Positions 55,009 through 64,000 of a stretch of DNA of 64,000 nucleotides are shown in pieces. The stretch comes from a virus. The stretch's first letter is position 1; each line of letters starts with the position of its first letter. The position numbers and the translations under genes are program-made. Below the pieces are notes generated by a model that made no database searches, had not been told where the DNA came from, and worked only from the letters and a program-made list of their open reading frames with translations. The DNA lies in IMG/VR virus record IMGVR_UViG_3300024346_006511, positions 92,127 to 156,126 of that record. One strand, given 5' to 3'.

Positions 55009-56583
55009 CTATTTTAATATCCAACTGATATCTTCTGTTGTACGACCATTATCTACAATATAAGGATTATTTTGTTGGGATCCAACTGATTTAATGACTG
55101 CTTTGTTTTTAGCATTAAGATTAGTAAAAGAAGAGAGTTGAGCTCTTGCTAAGTCTATTCCTTGTTGTCTTAATCTAAGTGCAGTATCCCTTACATATAG
55201 TGCCGTAGCGCATGAAATAATAAGGTCATCATTATATCTATCCTGTGCTTGTGCTTTTCCGTTCTTCCATACAAATACTCTCATTTCAGACATAAGTCTC
55301 TTAGATTGTATAGTTGCTGAATGATCCCTAATATACTCTATCATCTTAGCTATCACTAATGGTCTAGTTCTAGCCGACATTGTAAAGCCTGGTACTAATT
55401 TATCTCTTTCAAACTTATGCATATAAGTCTCTACTGTCTCCATATTATTAGTAGCACTATAGAACAAGTTACGATATTCACGTGCTATAATCTGTTCTAT
55501 GGTAGACCAACCAATATTAGCGTTTTCTACTACTAGAAGTGCTTCATTATATTCTGAGGCTATACCTACTAGCATATTACCAAAATCTCTTGGAGCTATC
55601 TTACCTTTGTACTCTCCTACTTGAGTGGCTGTTTCTATGTCAAATATGTGAAATGCAGAATAATCTCTTCCATCTCCTCGAGCAACATCTGCTACAACCA
55701 TATATGATTTAGTGTAGTCTACTCCTTCCCATACCCAGAAGTTACCGTCTACTCCTCTTCTTTCTAGAGGATCCTTTTGATAGGTTTGTTCATAAAATGA
55801 CATATCATCCGGTTCAAATACTGTATCCCCAGAAGCTAAGAAGTCACAATCACATTCCTGTCCTGCCATCTTAGGTCCAAGGTCAGCATTCTGTTGCTCT
55901 CTCCATGCTTCATTTCTTTCAGGATGTACTGTCCATGGTAATCTTATAGGTAAAAAACTATTTTCACCGCTTTCTGCTTTTTCCCACGTTTGATGGAACC
56001 AGTTACCAATACCGTTAGGAGTTGATAAAGCCATACACTGTCCACCAGTAGCTAGTGTTTGTTGAGCAGCTGCAAACGTTTCGTCAATGTTATCAATAAA
56101 GGCGGCCTCATCAATAAGTAAGAGCGATACCGCTTCGGATCTTGCTGCATCAGCATTAGATGATTTCGCTGTAATTTTAGATCCATTCTTAAGTCTTAGT
56201 GATAATTTGTTTTTCTCTAATGCAGGTAGCTTTAACCATTTAGGTAGCTGATCATACATAAACATTGTCTTTGTAACTAAGTTACGGGCAGTTGCTTGTG
56301 TAGTTGCTAATGCTAGTACGTTCTTATCTTTATGAAATAACATCAGCCATAAACTATAAGCAGCAGCTAAAGTAGAAATACCAAGCTGTCTAGACTTAAG
56401 AGTAATAAGGTATTGATGATCTTTAAATAAGTGTAGTACTTTACCTTGAAATGGATATAAGTTAAATAAGATACGGCCACGAGTAGGATGCTGTATATAG
56501 CAATACTTCTTCATGAAATAGGCCGGATCTTTAGCACACTTAATATACTCTTGTGCTATTATCTTTTTAATATCTTGTGCCAT
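55009..56583 (-). CDS. terL: Terminase large subunit (T4 gp17-like)
   Basis: LKSRQLGIST (Walker A), LLLIDEAAF (Walker B), STPNG, ADVARG.G.DYS, DDL. Confidence 0.96.
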   Translation of the reverse strand: MAQDIKKIIAQEYIKCAKDPAYFMKKYCYIQHPTRGRILFNLYPFQGKVLHLFKDHQYLITLKSRQLGISTLAAAYSLWLMLFHKDKNVLALATTQATARNLVTKTMFMYDQLPKWLKLPALEKNKLSLRLKNGSKITAKSSNADAARSEAVSLLLIDEAAFIDNIDETFAAAQQTLATGGQCMALSTPNGIGNWFHQTWEKAESGENSFLPIRLPWTVHPERNEAWREQQNADLGPKMAGQECDCDFLASGDTVFEPDDMSFYEQTYQKDPLERRGVDGNFWVWEGVDYTKSYMVVADVARGDGRDYSAFHIFDIETATQVGEYKGKIAPRDFGNMLVGIASEYNEALLVVENANIGWSTIEQIIAREYRNLFYSATNNMETVETYMHKFERDKLVPGFTMSARTRPLVIAKMIEYIRDHSATIQSKRLMSEMRVFVWKNGKAQAQDRYNDDLIISCATALYVRDTALRLRQQGIDLARAQLSSFTNLNAKNKAVIKSVGSQQNNPYIVDNGRTTEDISWILK

Positions 56584-56585
56584 AA

Positions 56586-57998
56586 CTAACTTACTTTAAT
56601 GTAAACAGATGAAATAGAACTTTTTGATCCTGCATAATTAACTATGTCTGTTAATGCATTGGACACTGATGCTTTATCTCCTGTTTCAATAATCTTTATA
56701 AACGAAAGAGCTTGATATTTTGATGATATCCAGTCTGTACTCTTTTCTTTTAGTTCTTCAGAGGATATATTAAACCCTCCGTATTTTTTTGCAATATCAA
56801 TAAAGTTGTTTACAAACTCATCTGATAAATTAATCGAATCTGCTAATGCATTTTTCTGAGTAGGTAGTGGATCTAGTCCTGCTTTCTGAATTAATAAGCT
56901 TATTACTCCTCCTCCGATCTTTCCTTGGTTAGCAGTCTTACCTTTTATCTCTCCTTGGAAGCTTGTACCGTCTGTAGTAAATGTTCTTAGCTGCATTTTT
57001 ACGCCAGAGTCAAAACTTATGTAAGCATCCTTAGATGTAGGAGAAACTATAGAAGAAGCGTATCCATCTTTCTCAGCAGATGCTTCTTTATTTAGTACAC
57101 TCATTTTACTATCTGGTCCTAACTTCTTTAACGACACACCTATAAGTTTCTTTTCGCTAAATAGCTCCAATAGGTGGTTATTTAATTCAGCTATGTCTCC
57201 ATTTCGTAAAGTAACGTTTTTAATTGAAGGAGATACAATCCATATATCTGCAGGATTCCATTTATCGTCTGATATTCTCCATCCGTTATCTTTTCTTACT
57301 TTTTTCCAAGCTGTGTATATAGACTCTACAAATGATGAGCCTCTATGGTATTCAAAACCAGTTCCTGCAAAAGAGTTAAGTTTCTTAGCAGTATTGATAA
57401 ACGTTAAAGCCCATCCTGGTGAATTAATAATAAATTGAATTATATCAGCAACTGGAGTATTAGAGTCAATATCACTTACTACAGAATTAAGTTTTTCTTC
57501 TGTTAAATCTGCTACTGAGATTTCACTACCTATCTTCTGTGCTAAAGCATTAACTAAGCATTGAGCTGTTTCTTGAATAGCTGTCTGTGCAGCACCTCCT
57601 CCAGAACCTTTACCTCCTCCAAAATCATCAGATTTTTTAAGTTTAGAAGTAGTTATTTTATTTCCTTCTTTATCTTCTAAGGTAACTGGCCCTTTGCCTA
57701 TATCCCAAGCTTCTAATTCTGCTACTTTAGATCCTGCTGGATCGTTAACTAAAAAGGTTCCGCCTTTATCTAATTCTAAAGGTTCTTTATTTTTAATTTT
57801 GTAGATTAGTATATCTATCCTTTCTTCTTTTGTTTTAGAGTTTTGCTTACTTAACTCTTTAGGAGTAAGGGGTGTTTCATTTAGATTAAAACCAAACATA
57901 GATTCAAATAGAGCCATATCCTTTTCATTATTAATGTCAGGATATCCTTTTTTGGTCTTATAGGACCATTCTAGTATAACTCTATCTATAAGATTCAT
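56586..57998 (-). CDS. Putative capsid-packaged PD-(D/E)xK-like nuclease
   Basis: Leader MNLIDRVILE...LNE; TAIQE, WNPADIW, LIGVSLKK. Confidence 0.5.
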   Translation of the reverse strand: MNLIDRVILEWSYKTKKGYPDINNEKDMALFESMFGFNLNETPLTPKELSKQNSKTKEERIDILIYKIKNKEPLELDKGGTFLVNDPAGSKVAELEAWDIGKGPVTLEDKEGNKITTSKLKKSDDFGGGKGSGGGAAQTAIQETAQCLVNALAQKIGSEISVADLTEEKLNSVVSDIDSNTPVADIIQFIINSPGWALTFINTAKKLNSFAGTGFEYHRGSSFVESIYTAWKKVRKDNGWRISDDKWNPADIWIVSPSIKNVTLRNGDIAELNNHLLELFSEKKLIGVSLKKLGPDSKMSVLNKEASAEKDGYASSIVSPTSKDAYISFDSGVKMQLRTFTTDGTSFQGEIKGKTANQGKIGGGVISLLIQKAGLDPLPTQKNALADSINLSDEFVNNFIDIAKKYGGFNISSEELKEKSTDWISSKYQALSFIKIIETGDKASVSNALTDIVNYAGSKSSISSVYIKVS

Positions 57999-57999
57999 A

Positions 58000-59103
58000 T
58001 TATGCTTCTGGTTCTTCTCCGTCTTCGAAGTCTATTGTTTCACCTCCTAAGTCAGCTCCGCCGCCTTCTTCTCCTCCGGCATCATCTCCTGCTAGTGAAT
58101 CAACGTCTGCGCCGCCTTCTTCACCGCCTTCAGCTCCACCTTCTCCACCCGGGAAGTCACCGCCTCCACCTCCTCCGCCTCCGGAATCAGTATCAGCGGG
58201 CTCTCCTTCTCCAGCCCCGCTCATAGGACCTTCTTTGTAAAGTCTAGCCAACTTATCTAAAGCTTGTTGGTATTCATCTATCTTTTCAATATAATAGCGT
58301 TTACCTAATATTTGTGCTTCAAACCCAGTTCCTGTCCATTTAAGGATATAGGATTGTCCGTTTTTAATGTTCACCCTGAAAGACGATGGACGTGGAGAGA
58401 TCCAGTCGATGCTTTCTACGAACTCCTTAAACTGTCCGGTTTGTAACTTAATAATAGCTTTTTTCAATGTTGGGAACTTTCCCAGGATTTCATCAGTAGC
58501 GTCTTCTAATACAGTCTCTTCTGGAGCTTCTGTATCTGGTTCTTCTTCTGGTGTTGGTTCTTCTTCGTTTAGAGAATCGATAAGAGATTCATTTAAAGTC
58601 CGAGATGTTTTATATTCTTCTAACTTAGTAGTCATTAGTTCACTCATTCTCTGAAGTTTAAGTAAACTATATTGTTCTGGTCTTTCTGTTCTAAGGTATC
58701 TTTGTATTTTTCTGAAGTTAGTTTTAATAAGTTCAAATAACTCTCTTGCTGCTTGATCTTGTCTAACATCGTCAGAGCCCATTAGTTTTTTAATGTCTTG
58801 TATGATACCTGCGTAATTCTTATAAAGTGCAGAGAAAGAGGGTAAAGTAAGTATTTTATGCCCTATGCTTCCTGTTGTAGTGTTCTTTTCTGTAGCTTTA
58901 AAGTATGTATCCATAGCTTGGTTGAAAAAATCATGCTCACCACCGTAATTAGGTTCACCGTATCTTTTAACAATACTTTTTCTCTGTGAATCAGAAATAT
59001 CTTCCCACTGTACAGTACCACCTTTAGATTGGATAGCCTGTTGGGACATTTCATTAATGACGTCAGAGTAAGCCTCGAGTATGAGTTTTTCTAATTTATG
59101 CAT
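58000..59103 (-). CDS. Putative internal head protein with Gly/Glu-rich tail
   Basis: MHKLEKLILE...VINE leader; LNE sites. Confidence 0.55.
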   Translation of the reverse strand: MHKLEKLILEAYSDVINEMSQQAIQSKGGTVQWEDISDSQRKSIVKRYGEPNYGGEHDFFNQAMDTYFKATEKNTTTGSIGHKILTLPSFSALYKNYAGIIQDIKKLMGSDDVRQDQAARELFELIKTNFRKIQRYLRTERPEQYSLLKLQRMSELMTTKLEEYKTSRTLNESLIDSLNEEEPTPEEEPDTEAPEETVLEDATDEILGKFPTLKKAIIKLQTGQFKEFVESIDWISPRPSSFRVNIKNGQSYILKWTGTGFEAQILGKRYYIEKIDEYQQALDKLARLYKEGPMSGAGEGEPADTDSGGGGGGGGDFPGGEGGAEGGEEGGADVDSLAGDDAGGEEGGGADLGGETIDFEDGEEPEA

Positions 59104-59106
59104 ATC

Positions 59107-62100
59107 TTACTTCTTTTTCTTTTTGTAGCCTTTATGCCAATGTTCATTCATAGTGATCACTTTTAAGTGCTCAGCAGGAACATCTTCTACTAACCTATTT
59201 CCTTTTTTAAAGAATACATCATAGTGAGTTACTACATGCTTATTACCTTCTTTAACTAAAGTATGTTGTTCGTCTAAACATATACCTGCTCCATATACTT
59301 CATGTACAACGTGTGCTGCACAGTCATGAGCAAATCCAGGTCCTGCTTCCTCTAATTCACTTTTATTAACTAAAGTTAATTTAAAAGAGTCATGTAAGCC
59401 AGTTTTCTTTTTACCTACTTTACCGTTAGTAACTCTAACATAAGCATCATGTTTTCCAACTTTTCCATCTACTCTTTGGTAAATATTACCGTGTTGATTT
59501 TTAACATAATCTCCAGGCATAATTTGACCTCCTTTAGCTTCATTTTTAGCTTCTTTTTTAAACTCATCTTTATGGTGAGTATAATATTTCTGAGCATCCA
59601 TTGGAAGTTTATATATAGAAAGACCGTCTTTGAGAGCTCTTTTAATTTGCTTAATCATTCTCTCTTTAGAAGCTTCATTTACTTCGTTTATATCGGCATC
59701 TAATTCAAACTTCTTAAATTTATTTAAATCGTTTAAACTTTTCAATTCAACTCTTTTGCCGTCATTATCTAATCCGTAAATATTACCATCATACTTACCC
59801 ATTCCATCAGAACGTTTACCTGCTAATTTCTGTTTTAATTCAGCTCCTGCTCTACGTTTAGATACTGATGTGACCATTCCTAGGTCTTTTCTAGTAGCTT
59901 CTTCCATATGTCTCTTACCTAAACCAGGTAAGTTTCTTAGATCTTGTACATACTGATCTGTTTTAACTAGAATAGTACCTAAATTTTTACCCTCATCATT
60001 TTCATCTACTTTCATTAAGGTAATTGCAGATACGCCAGGATTAAAGTCTGGATCTTTATCTTTAAAGTTACTATTGTAGTATTGTTTTTGATGCATTCTA
60101 TATTTATCACCTTCATGCTCTAATACATGATATTGCATGTGAACAAACATTGGTGCATATCGACCCATTCTAGCTTTGATACCACTCTTATCATGTTTCT
60201 TTAAAGCTTCAAATGCATCGTTTTCACTAGCTACCCCTTTAGGTAATAGATCTGCAAATAATTGTTTACCGAACATATCAGGCGATCTTTTGTTGGCATC
60301 GTCGATTACTTCTGAGCCTTTAAATGAATTGTCTGTAAATTCTTTTAATGTTTCTTTTTTATCAGCTTCTTTTCTATCTTTAGTAGCCTTTGACATTGGC
60401 CATTTATAGTTAGTACCTTGATGTTTTCCTTTGTATTCCTCTTCATTTACTCCGTCAAAATCTCTTTGTTTCAAAGCTGCCATAATAGCATAAACAGCAT
60501 CTTGCTCTTCATAGTCGTATCTCTTAGCCATTGCTTTGATGAATTGAGCTACTTTTTTAGATACTTCTGGGTTAAGACTTTCATTAGTAGATTCGTTATA
60601 CTCATCGTCATCATCATCGCCGTAATAGAATCCTAAGTTTTCTTGTTCTTCTTTCGAGTACTCACTAGATAGCTTTTGTCTAAATTCAGAAACGCTTCCA
60701 ATCCATTCCATTATTACCTCTACACATCCAGGATTATCTTCTATAAATTCGTCAAACCCTTGTCTATATCCTAATGCTCCAAATATTTCATCTAAATCTC
60801 TAGAAGCATATTCGTTTATGTTCTTTTCATCTAGATCTTGTCCCATATTAGTACCTGAGACAGCATTATCTAATTGCTTTTCTAATTTCTTTTTAGTAAT
60901 AGTAAGAGTTTTAAGTTGATCAACAACTGATTTATCTCCTGCTTTATATTTCTTGGCAAGATCTTTCATCATAGTAATTACTAAATCGTATGCTTTTTGT
61001 ATTTTTTTAGCTCCTCCTCTATGTCCTTTTGAAGGGTGTTGATGTGATTCATCGGTATAAGCATCATACTTATCTTGGTCGTCTTGTGCTGCGTTTAACA
61101 TATCGTTTAAGTCGTGATCGTCTGTGAATTCTCCTCTAGGAAAAGTAACAGCATTAGGTAAATCATCTCCTCTTCCAACATGAAGTACATAATCTTGATC
61201 TTCTTTATAGTTATTTTTTAAGTGATCAACTACTTGTTGTATCATATCTAAATCGTATCCAAAGGTAACTAATGTACCGTTGTCTAATACTTCATCTTTT
61301 CTAGGATCATCTGCCCAACCAGCTTCGTAGTCAGCATCATTTCTAGCATCCTCTTCTTCATCTTCACTTACCTTACCTACTGCTGTATCGTAGTCCATAG
61401 GCTTAATTCTACCTGATGCTTTTTCAATAGCGTTGTCAATCTTATTTAACATATCACCATATCTATCAGCTACTGGTCCTCCTGTTGTTTCGATTTCTGG
61501 ATCGTTCTCCATCTCTCTTTCTATCTCAGCTCTTTTATCTTTAAGCTGTTTGATTAAGAGTCTCTTCTTACCGTTTATTCTTTGATCTTTCCTATCTCTA
61601 GCGTGCATTTGATCTACTTTCTTAAGATCAGCATTTCTCTTTTTAGCGACTCTCATTCTCATTAAGACAGGGTCGTTAAGGTCTGTTGCTTCATCCATAT
61701 CTGCTGAAGAATCTACTACAGTAATATCATTAGCTCGTAAATCCATTGCTGCATCATATACAAATGCTCCTCCATCTTCTTCTGGCTCTTGATAAAATTC
61801 TGAATCTGCTTCTGCATCTCCGTACATATCGTCAAAGCCATCTTCATGTCTGAATATAAAGTAGAATATTACATTACCAGCTCCATCGTTATCTACTACC
61901 TCCATTTTAACGTAAGTAGGGTCAATGTTTTGATCTAGTATAGCTTGTGCTTTTTTATAATCGGCGCTAGGAACTTTTAAGTAGTGGTGATCATCTCCTT
62001 CACCTTCACCTAGTGGACGACCTTCGTCATCATATCCTACTCCGTGATCTTCTTCATCATCTTTCTGTTCCTGGTCTGGATCATGTTTTTCTAACTGTAA

Positions 62101-63117
62101 GCGATCTATTTGATCGTATCTTACTTCATGTTCTTCTCCATCATTATCTACACCAAATACAGTCTCGTCATGCCACATTGCAGCATTATCGTCATTACCG
62201 TTCTTTGGATTATATATAATTAAGTACTTATCATCATGAGTTCTAATCATAGCATCGTCTGCTTGACCTAGATAAGCTAATAGTTTATGTTTAGTATACC
62301 CTTGGTTATCGTCTTCTTTAACTCCTACTTTACTTCTTTTAGCAAATACCTTATCTTTATCTTCGTCAGATAATTTACTGAAGTCATTACCAAATTCTTT
62401 ATGTGCAATTAAATCTAATCTATCTTCTTCTTCGTGACTTAATTTTCTATCTTTATATTGAAAGTTTTCACTAAATGATTTAAAATGTTTTTGAAGTTCA
62501 TTAGATAATACGTCTACATTTATAATAGCTTCTCCTGAAGGTTTAACTCCTACATCAACTAATTCTTTATCAAAGCTAAAGTCTGCTAAGTGTAAGGTAT
62601 CGTCAACAATATGAAATGAAAAAGCATCATCTTTACCGTTCTTATAATCTACTTCAACATCAAAAGAATTTTCTTCGATATGTGTAGCTCTCATAGTTCT
62701 TACAGCATCTCCTATTGCTTTAAGAGACATAGCTACTGCTTTACCTACTTGCTTTGCAATTGACTTTGTTTCTTCTACTGAAAATTCTACTCCGGCGTTC
62801 TTCTTTAACCTCTCTTTTATTTCCTCTCCATCAGCAGATTTAATACCTTTGATATCATCTGCATCTTTTAAAGCATCTACTTCATCATCAGATAATGATG
62901 CTGCAGAGGTTTGTCCTGATTTAGGTGTGAGAATGTAAGTTTTACTACCTTCTTTAAGAATCTTCTTATATTTAGATATAGATTCATTAACTGAGATAAT
63001 ATTTTTTTGAGCCTGTTGTCTTTCTTCTGGTGTTGAGTTACTTAGATCCTTTTGTTGAAAAAGGGCAAGTGTCTTTTCACACTTTATTAGACGACGTTTA
63101 ATTTCATTGTAAGTCAT
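59107..63117 (-). CDS. Large acidic modular protein, putative protease-processed internal-head polyprotein
   Basis: 1336 aa; short modules separated by hydrophobic-x-E sites; promoter motif upstream. Confidence 0.55.
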   Translation of the reverse strand: MTYNEIKRRLIKCEKTLALFQQKDLSNSTPEERQQAQKNIISVNESISKYKKILKEGSKTYILTPKSGQTSAASLSDDEVDALKDADDIKGIKSADGEEIKERLKKNAGVEFSVEETKSIAKQVGKAVAMSLKAIGDAVRTMRATHIEENSFDVEVDYKNGKDDAFSFHIVDDTLHLADFSFDKELVDVGVKPSGEAIINVDVLSNELQKHFKSFSENFQYKDRKLSHEEEDRLDLIAHKEFGNDFSKLSDEDKDKVFAKRSKVGVKEDDNQGYTKHKLLAYLGQADDAMIRTHDDKYLIIYNPKNGNDDNAAMWHDETVFGVDNDGEEHEVRYDQIDRLQLEKHDPDQEQKDDEEDHGVGYDDEGRPLGEGEGDDHHYLKVPSADYKKAQAILDQNIDPTYVKMEVVDNDGAGNVIFYFIFRHEDGFDDMYGDAEADSEFYQEPEEDGGAFVYDAAMDLRANDITVVDSSADMDEATDLNDPVLMRMRVAKKRNADLKKVDQMHARDRKDQRINGKKRLLIKQLKDKRAEIEREMENDPEIETTGGPVADRYGDMLNKIDNAIEKASGRIKPMDYDTAVGKVSEDEEEDARNDADYEAGWADDPRKDEVLDNGTLVTFGYDLDMIQQVVDHLKNNYKEDQDYVLHVGRGDDLPNAVTFPRGEFTDDHDLNDMLNAAQDDQDKYDAYTDESHQHPSKGHRGGAKKIQKAYDLVITMMKDLAKKYKAGDKSVVDQLKTLTITKKKLEKQLDNAVSGTNMGQDLDEKNINEYASRDLDEIFGALGYRQGFDEFIEDNPGCVEVIMEWIGSVSEFRQKLSSEYSKEEQENLGFYYGDDDDDEYNESTNESLNPEVSKKVAQFIKAMAKRYDYEEQDAVYAIMAALKQRDFDGVNEEEYKGKHQGTNYKWPMSKATKDRKEADKKETLKEFTDNSFKGSEVIDDANKRSPDMFGKQLFADLLPKGVASENDAFEALKKHDKSGIKARMGRYAPMFVHMQYHVLEHEGDKYRMHQKQYYNSNFKDKDPDFNPGVSAITLMKVDENDEGKNLGTILVKTDQYVQDLRNLPGLGKRHMEEATRKDLGMVTSVSKRRAGAELKQKLAGKRSDGMGKYDGNIYGLDNDGKRVELKSLNDLNKFKKFELDADINEVNEASKERMIKQIKRALKDGLSIYKLPMDAQKYYTHHKDEFKKEAKNEAKGGQIMPGDYVKNQHGNIYQRVDGKVGKHDAYVRVTNGKVGKKKTGLHDSFKLTLVNKSELEEAGPGFAHDCAAHVVHEVYGAGICLDEQHTLVKEGNKHVVTHYDVFFKKGNRLVEDVPAEHLKVITMNEHWHKGYKKKKK

Positions 63118-63148
63118 AATGAGCGGTTATTATATATAGGTATATAAG

Positions 63149-63156
63149 TATAAATA
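63149..63156 (-). promoter_or_regulatory. Putative late promoter TATTTATA (internal proteins and terminase)
   Basis: Recurrent motif. Confidence 0.7.
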
Positions 63157-63158
63157 GA

Positions 63159-63788
63159 CTAACTCTCCCAAATAACGTTCTTGAACTTCTCAGGAGATAA
63201 TCCAAAGTAGTTAGTGCGCCATTCAGTTTGATTAAAAAAATCTAAGTTAATCCATTGGTCTTTTATCTTCCATAGTTTTATAGCAATCTCATCCCAGTCT
63301 TGATTAAGGACGAACTGCTCGATTTCTAATTTTTTTTCTATTACTGCCTCATAGTTAAAAGCATCCCATTCATAATGGAAAACTTCAAATACAGCATCTG
63401 GAGATACATAATCAATTGATATGTCAATTCCCCATTTAGGTTTCATTTTAATTAACTTATACAACATTGGATTATACTCTTCTGCATGTATCTGTAATTG
63501 CTCTAATGCTTGGTCTGAGAATCCTTTTCTTTCAAATAAGTCTGAGTGATTAATATGTGCTCCGTCTTTTTTATCCCATGTTATCCAATCATATCTTAAA
63601 CAATCTTCATGTCTTCTTTCGATAGGGGCATATCCGTTACGGACTAAGAAAGCCTGTTCGGCTTTAGTTAAATGATAACCATTTTGATCAAATAAATCTA
63701 CACTGTGAATGTCTTGTAGTACTTCCATGTCCTCAATGGCATCAAGGAAGTTAGGTTCACTATGTAGTTTTGAATTTGTTAATATCAT
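63159..63788 (-). CDS. Hypothetical protein
   Basis: 209 aa; aromatic-rich globular sequence; ATGA overlap with upstream gene. Confidence 0.7.
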   Translation of the reverse strand: MILTNSKLHSEPNFLDAIEDMEVLQDIHSVDLFDQNGYHLTKAEQAFLVRNGYAPIERRHEDCLRYDWITWDKKDGAHINHSDLFERKGFSDQALEQLQIHAEEYNPMLYKLIKMKPKWGIDISIDYVSPDAVFEVFHYEWDAFNYEAVIEKKLEIEQFVLNQDWDEIAIKLWKIKDQWINLDFFNQTEWRTNYFGLSPEKFKNVIWES

Positions 63789-64000
63789 TTTTTACCACCT
63801 TTCATATTCGCACACCAATGATACATCTTTGCTTTTTCACCTGATGCATTTTTAGCCTTTCTACGAAGGTCGGTTACAGAACCATTACAACTAGCACCAG
63901 ACTTTTTTACACGTCCAGGTCTTGACTTACCTTTCTTCTTCCCATCTTTGAAGTTTTCGGTAGCAAGTATCTCTCCGATCATCTGTGCTAATGTTAATCT
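63785..64000 (-). CDS. Small basic putative internal protein (frame open to window end)
   Basis: RLTLAQMIGEILATE, then ENFKDGK...HWCANMKGGKK. Confidence 0.6.
   Translation of the reverse strand, partial: RLTLAQMIGEILATENFKDGKKKGKSRPGRVKKSGASCNGSVTDLRRKAKNASGEKAKMYHWCANMKGGKK

Noticed and set aside
53090-56583. Introns or inteins in terL or portal
   Set aside because: Both ORFs are continuous, motifs are normally spaced and no intein signatures were seen
1-64000. Stop-codon reassignment as in some large Bacteroidota phages
   Set aside because: Long intact ORFs under code 11 with dense packing; TAG ends the tube and capsid genes and TGA ends overlapped genes
1-64000. tRNA or rRNA genes
   Set aside because: Intergenic gaps are short and none showed a cloverleaf or T-loop by eye; tRNAscan-SE would confirm

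Overview
The window is a 64-kb piece of the late (virion) region of a large, AT-rich, T4-related myovirus. All credible genes are on the minus strand and use the standard genetic code. In transcription order (64000->1) it holds: (i) putative internal head proteins, large terminase, portal, prohead protease, scaffold and major capsid protein; (ii) PhoH, neck and tail-completion genes; (iii) eight fibre/appendage-region genes, including a 1640-aa cadherin-like protein and an 1185-aa S74-chaperone fibre; (iv) a ~23-kb cluster of 23 genes, mostly for glycan synthesis and tailoring, with about nine glycosyltransferase-like genes, a DegT aminotransferase, an amidinotransferase, two NDP-sugar SDRs, a UDP-sugar dehydrogenase, three radical SAM enzymes, a methyltransferase and two SGNH proteins; (v) tail sheath, tube, tail chaperone and tape measure. 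A-rich start regions without Shine-Dalgarno motifs suggest a Bacteroidota host (inference). The main candidates for novelty are five. First, an aminoglycoside-like (amino/guanidino-sugar) glycan pathway embedded in the fibre operon. Second, GT7 enzymes with an inserted LamG domain. Third, an unannotated +1/-2 frameshift in the tail chaperone. Fourth, 16 intergenic TATTTATA(T) motifs, the reverse complement of the T4 late promoter, some followed by structured leader RNAs. Fifth, a set of capsid-targeted, protease-processed cargo proteins, including an apparent polyprotein and a nuclease-like protein. All product calls come from recognising motifs by eye; no searches were run.
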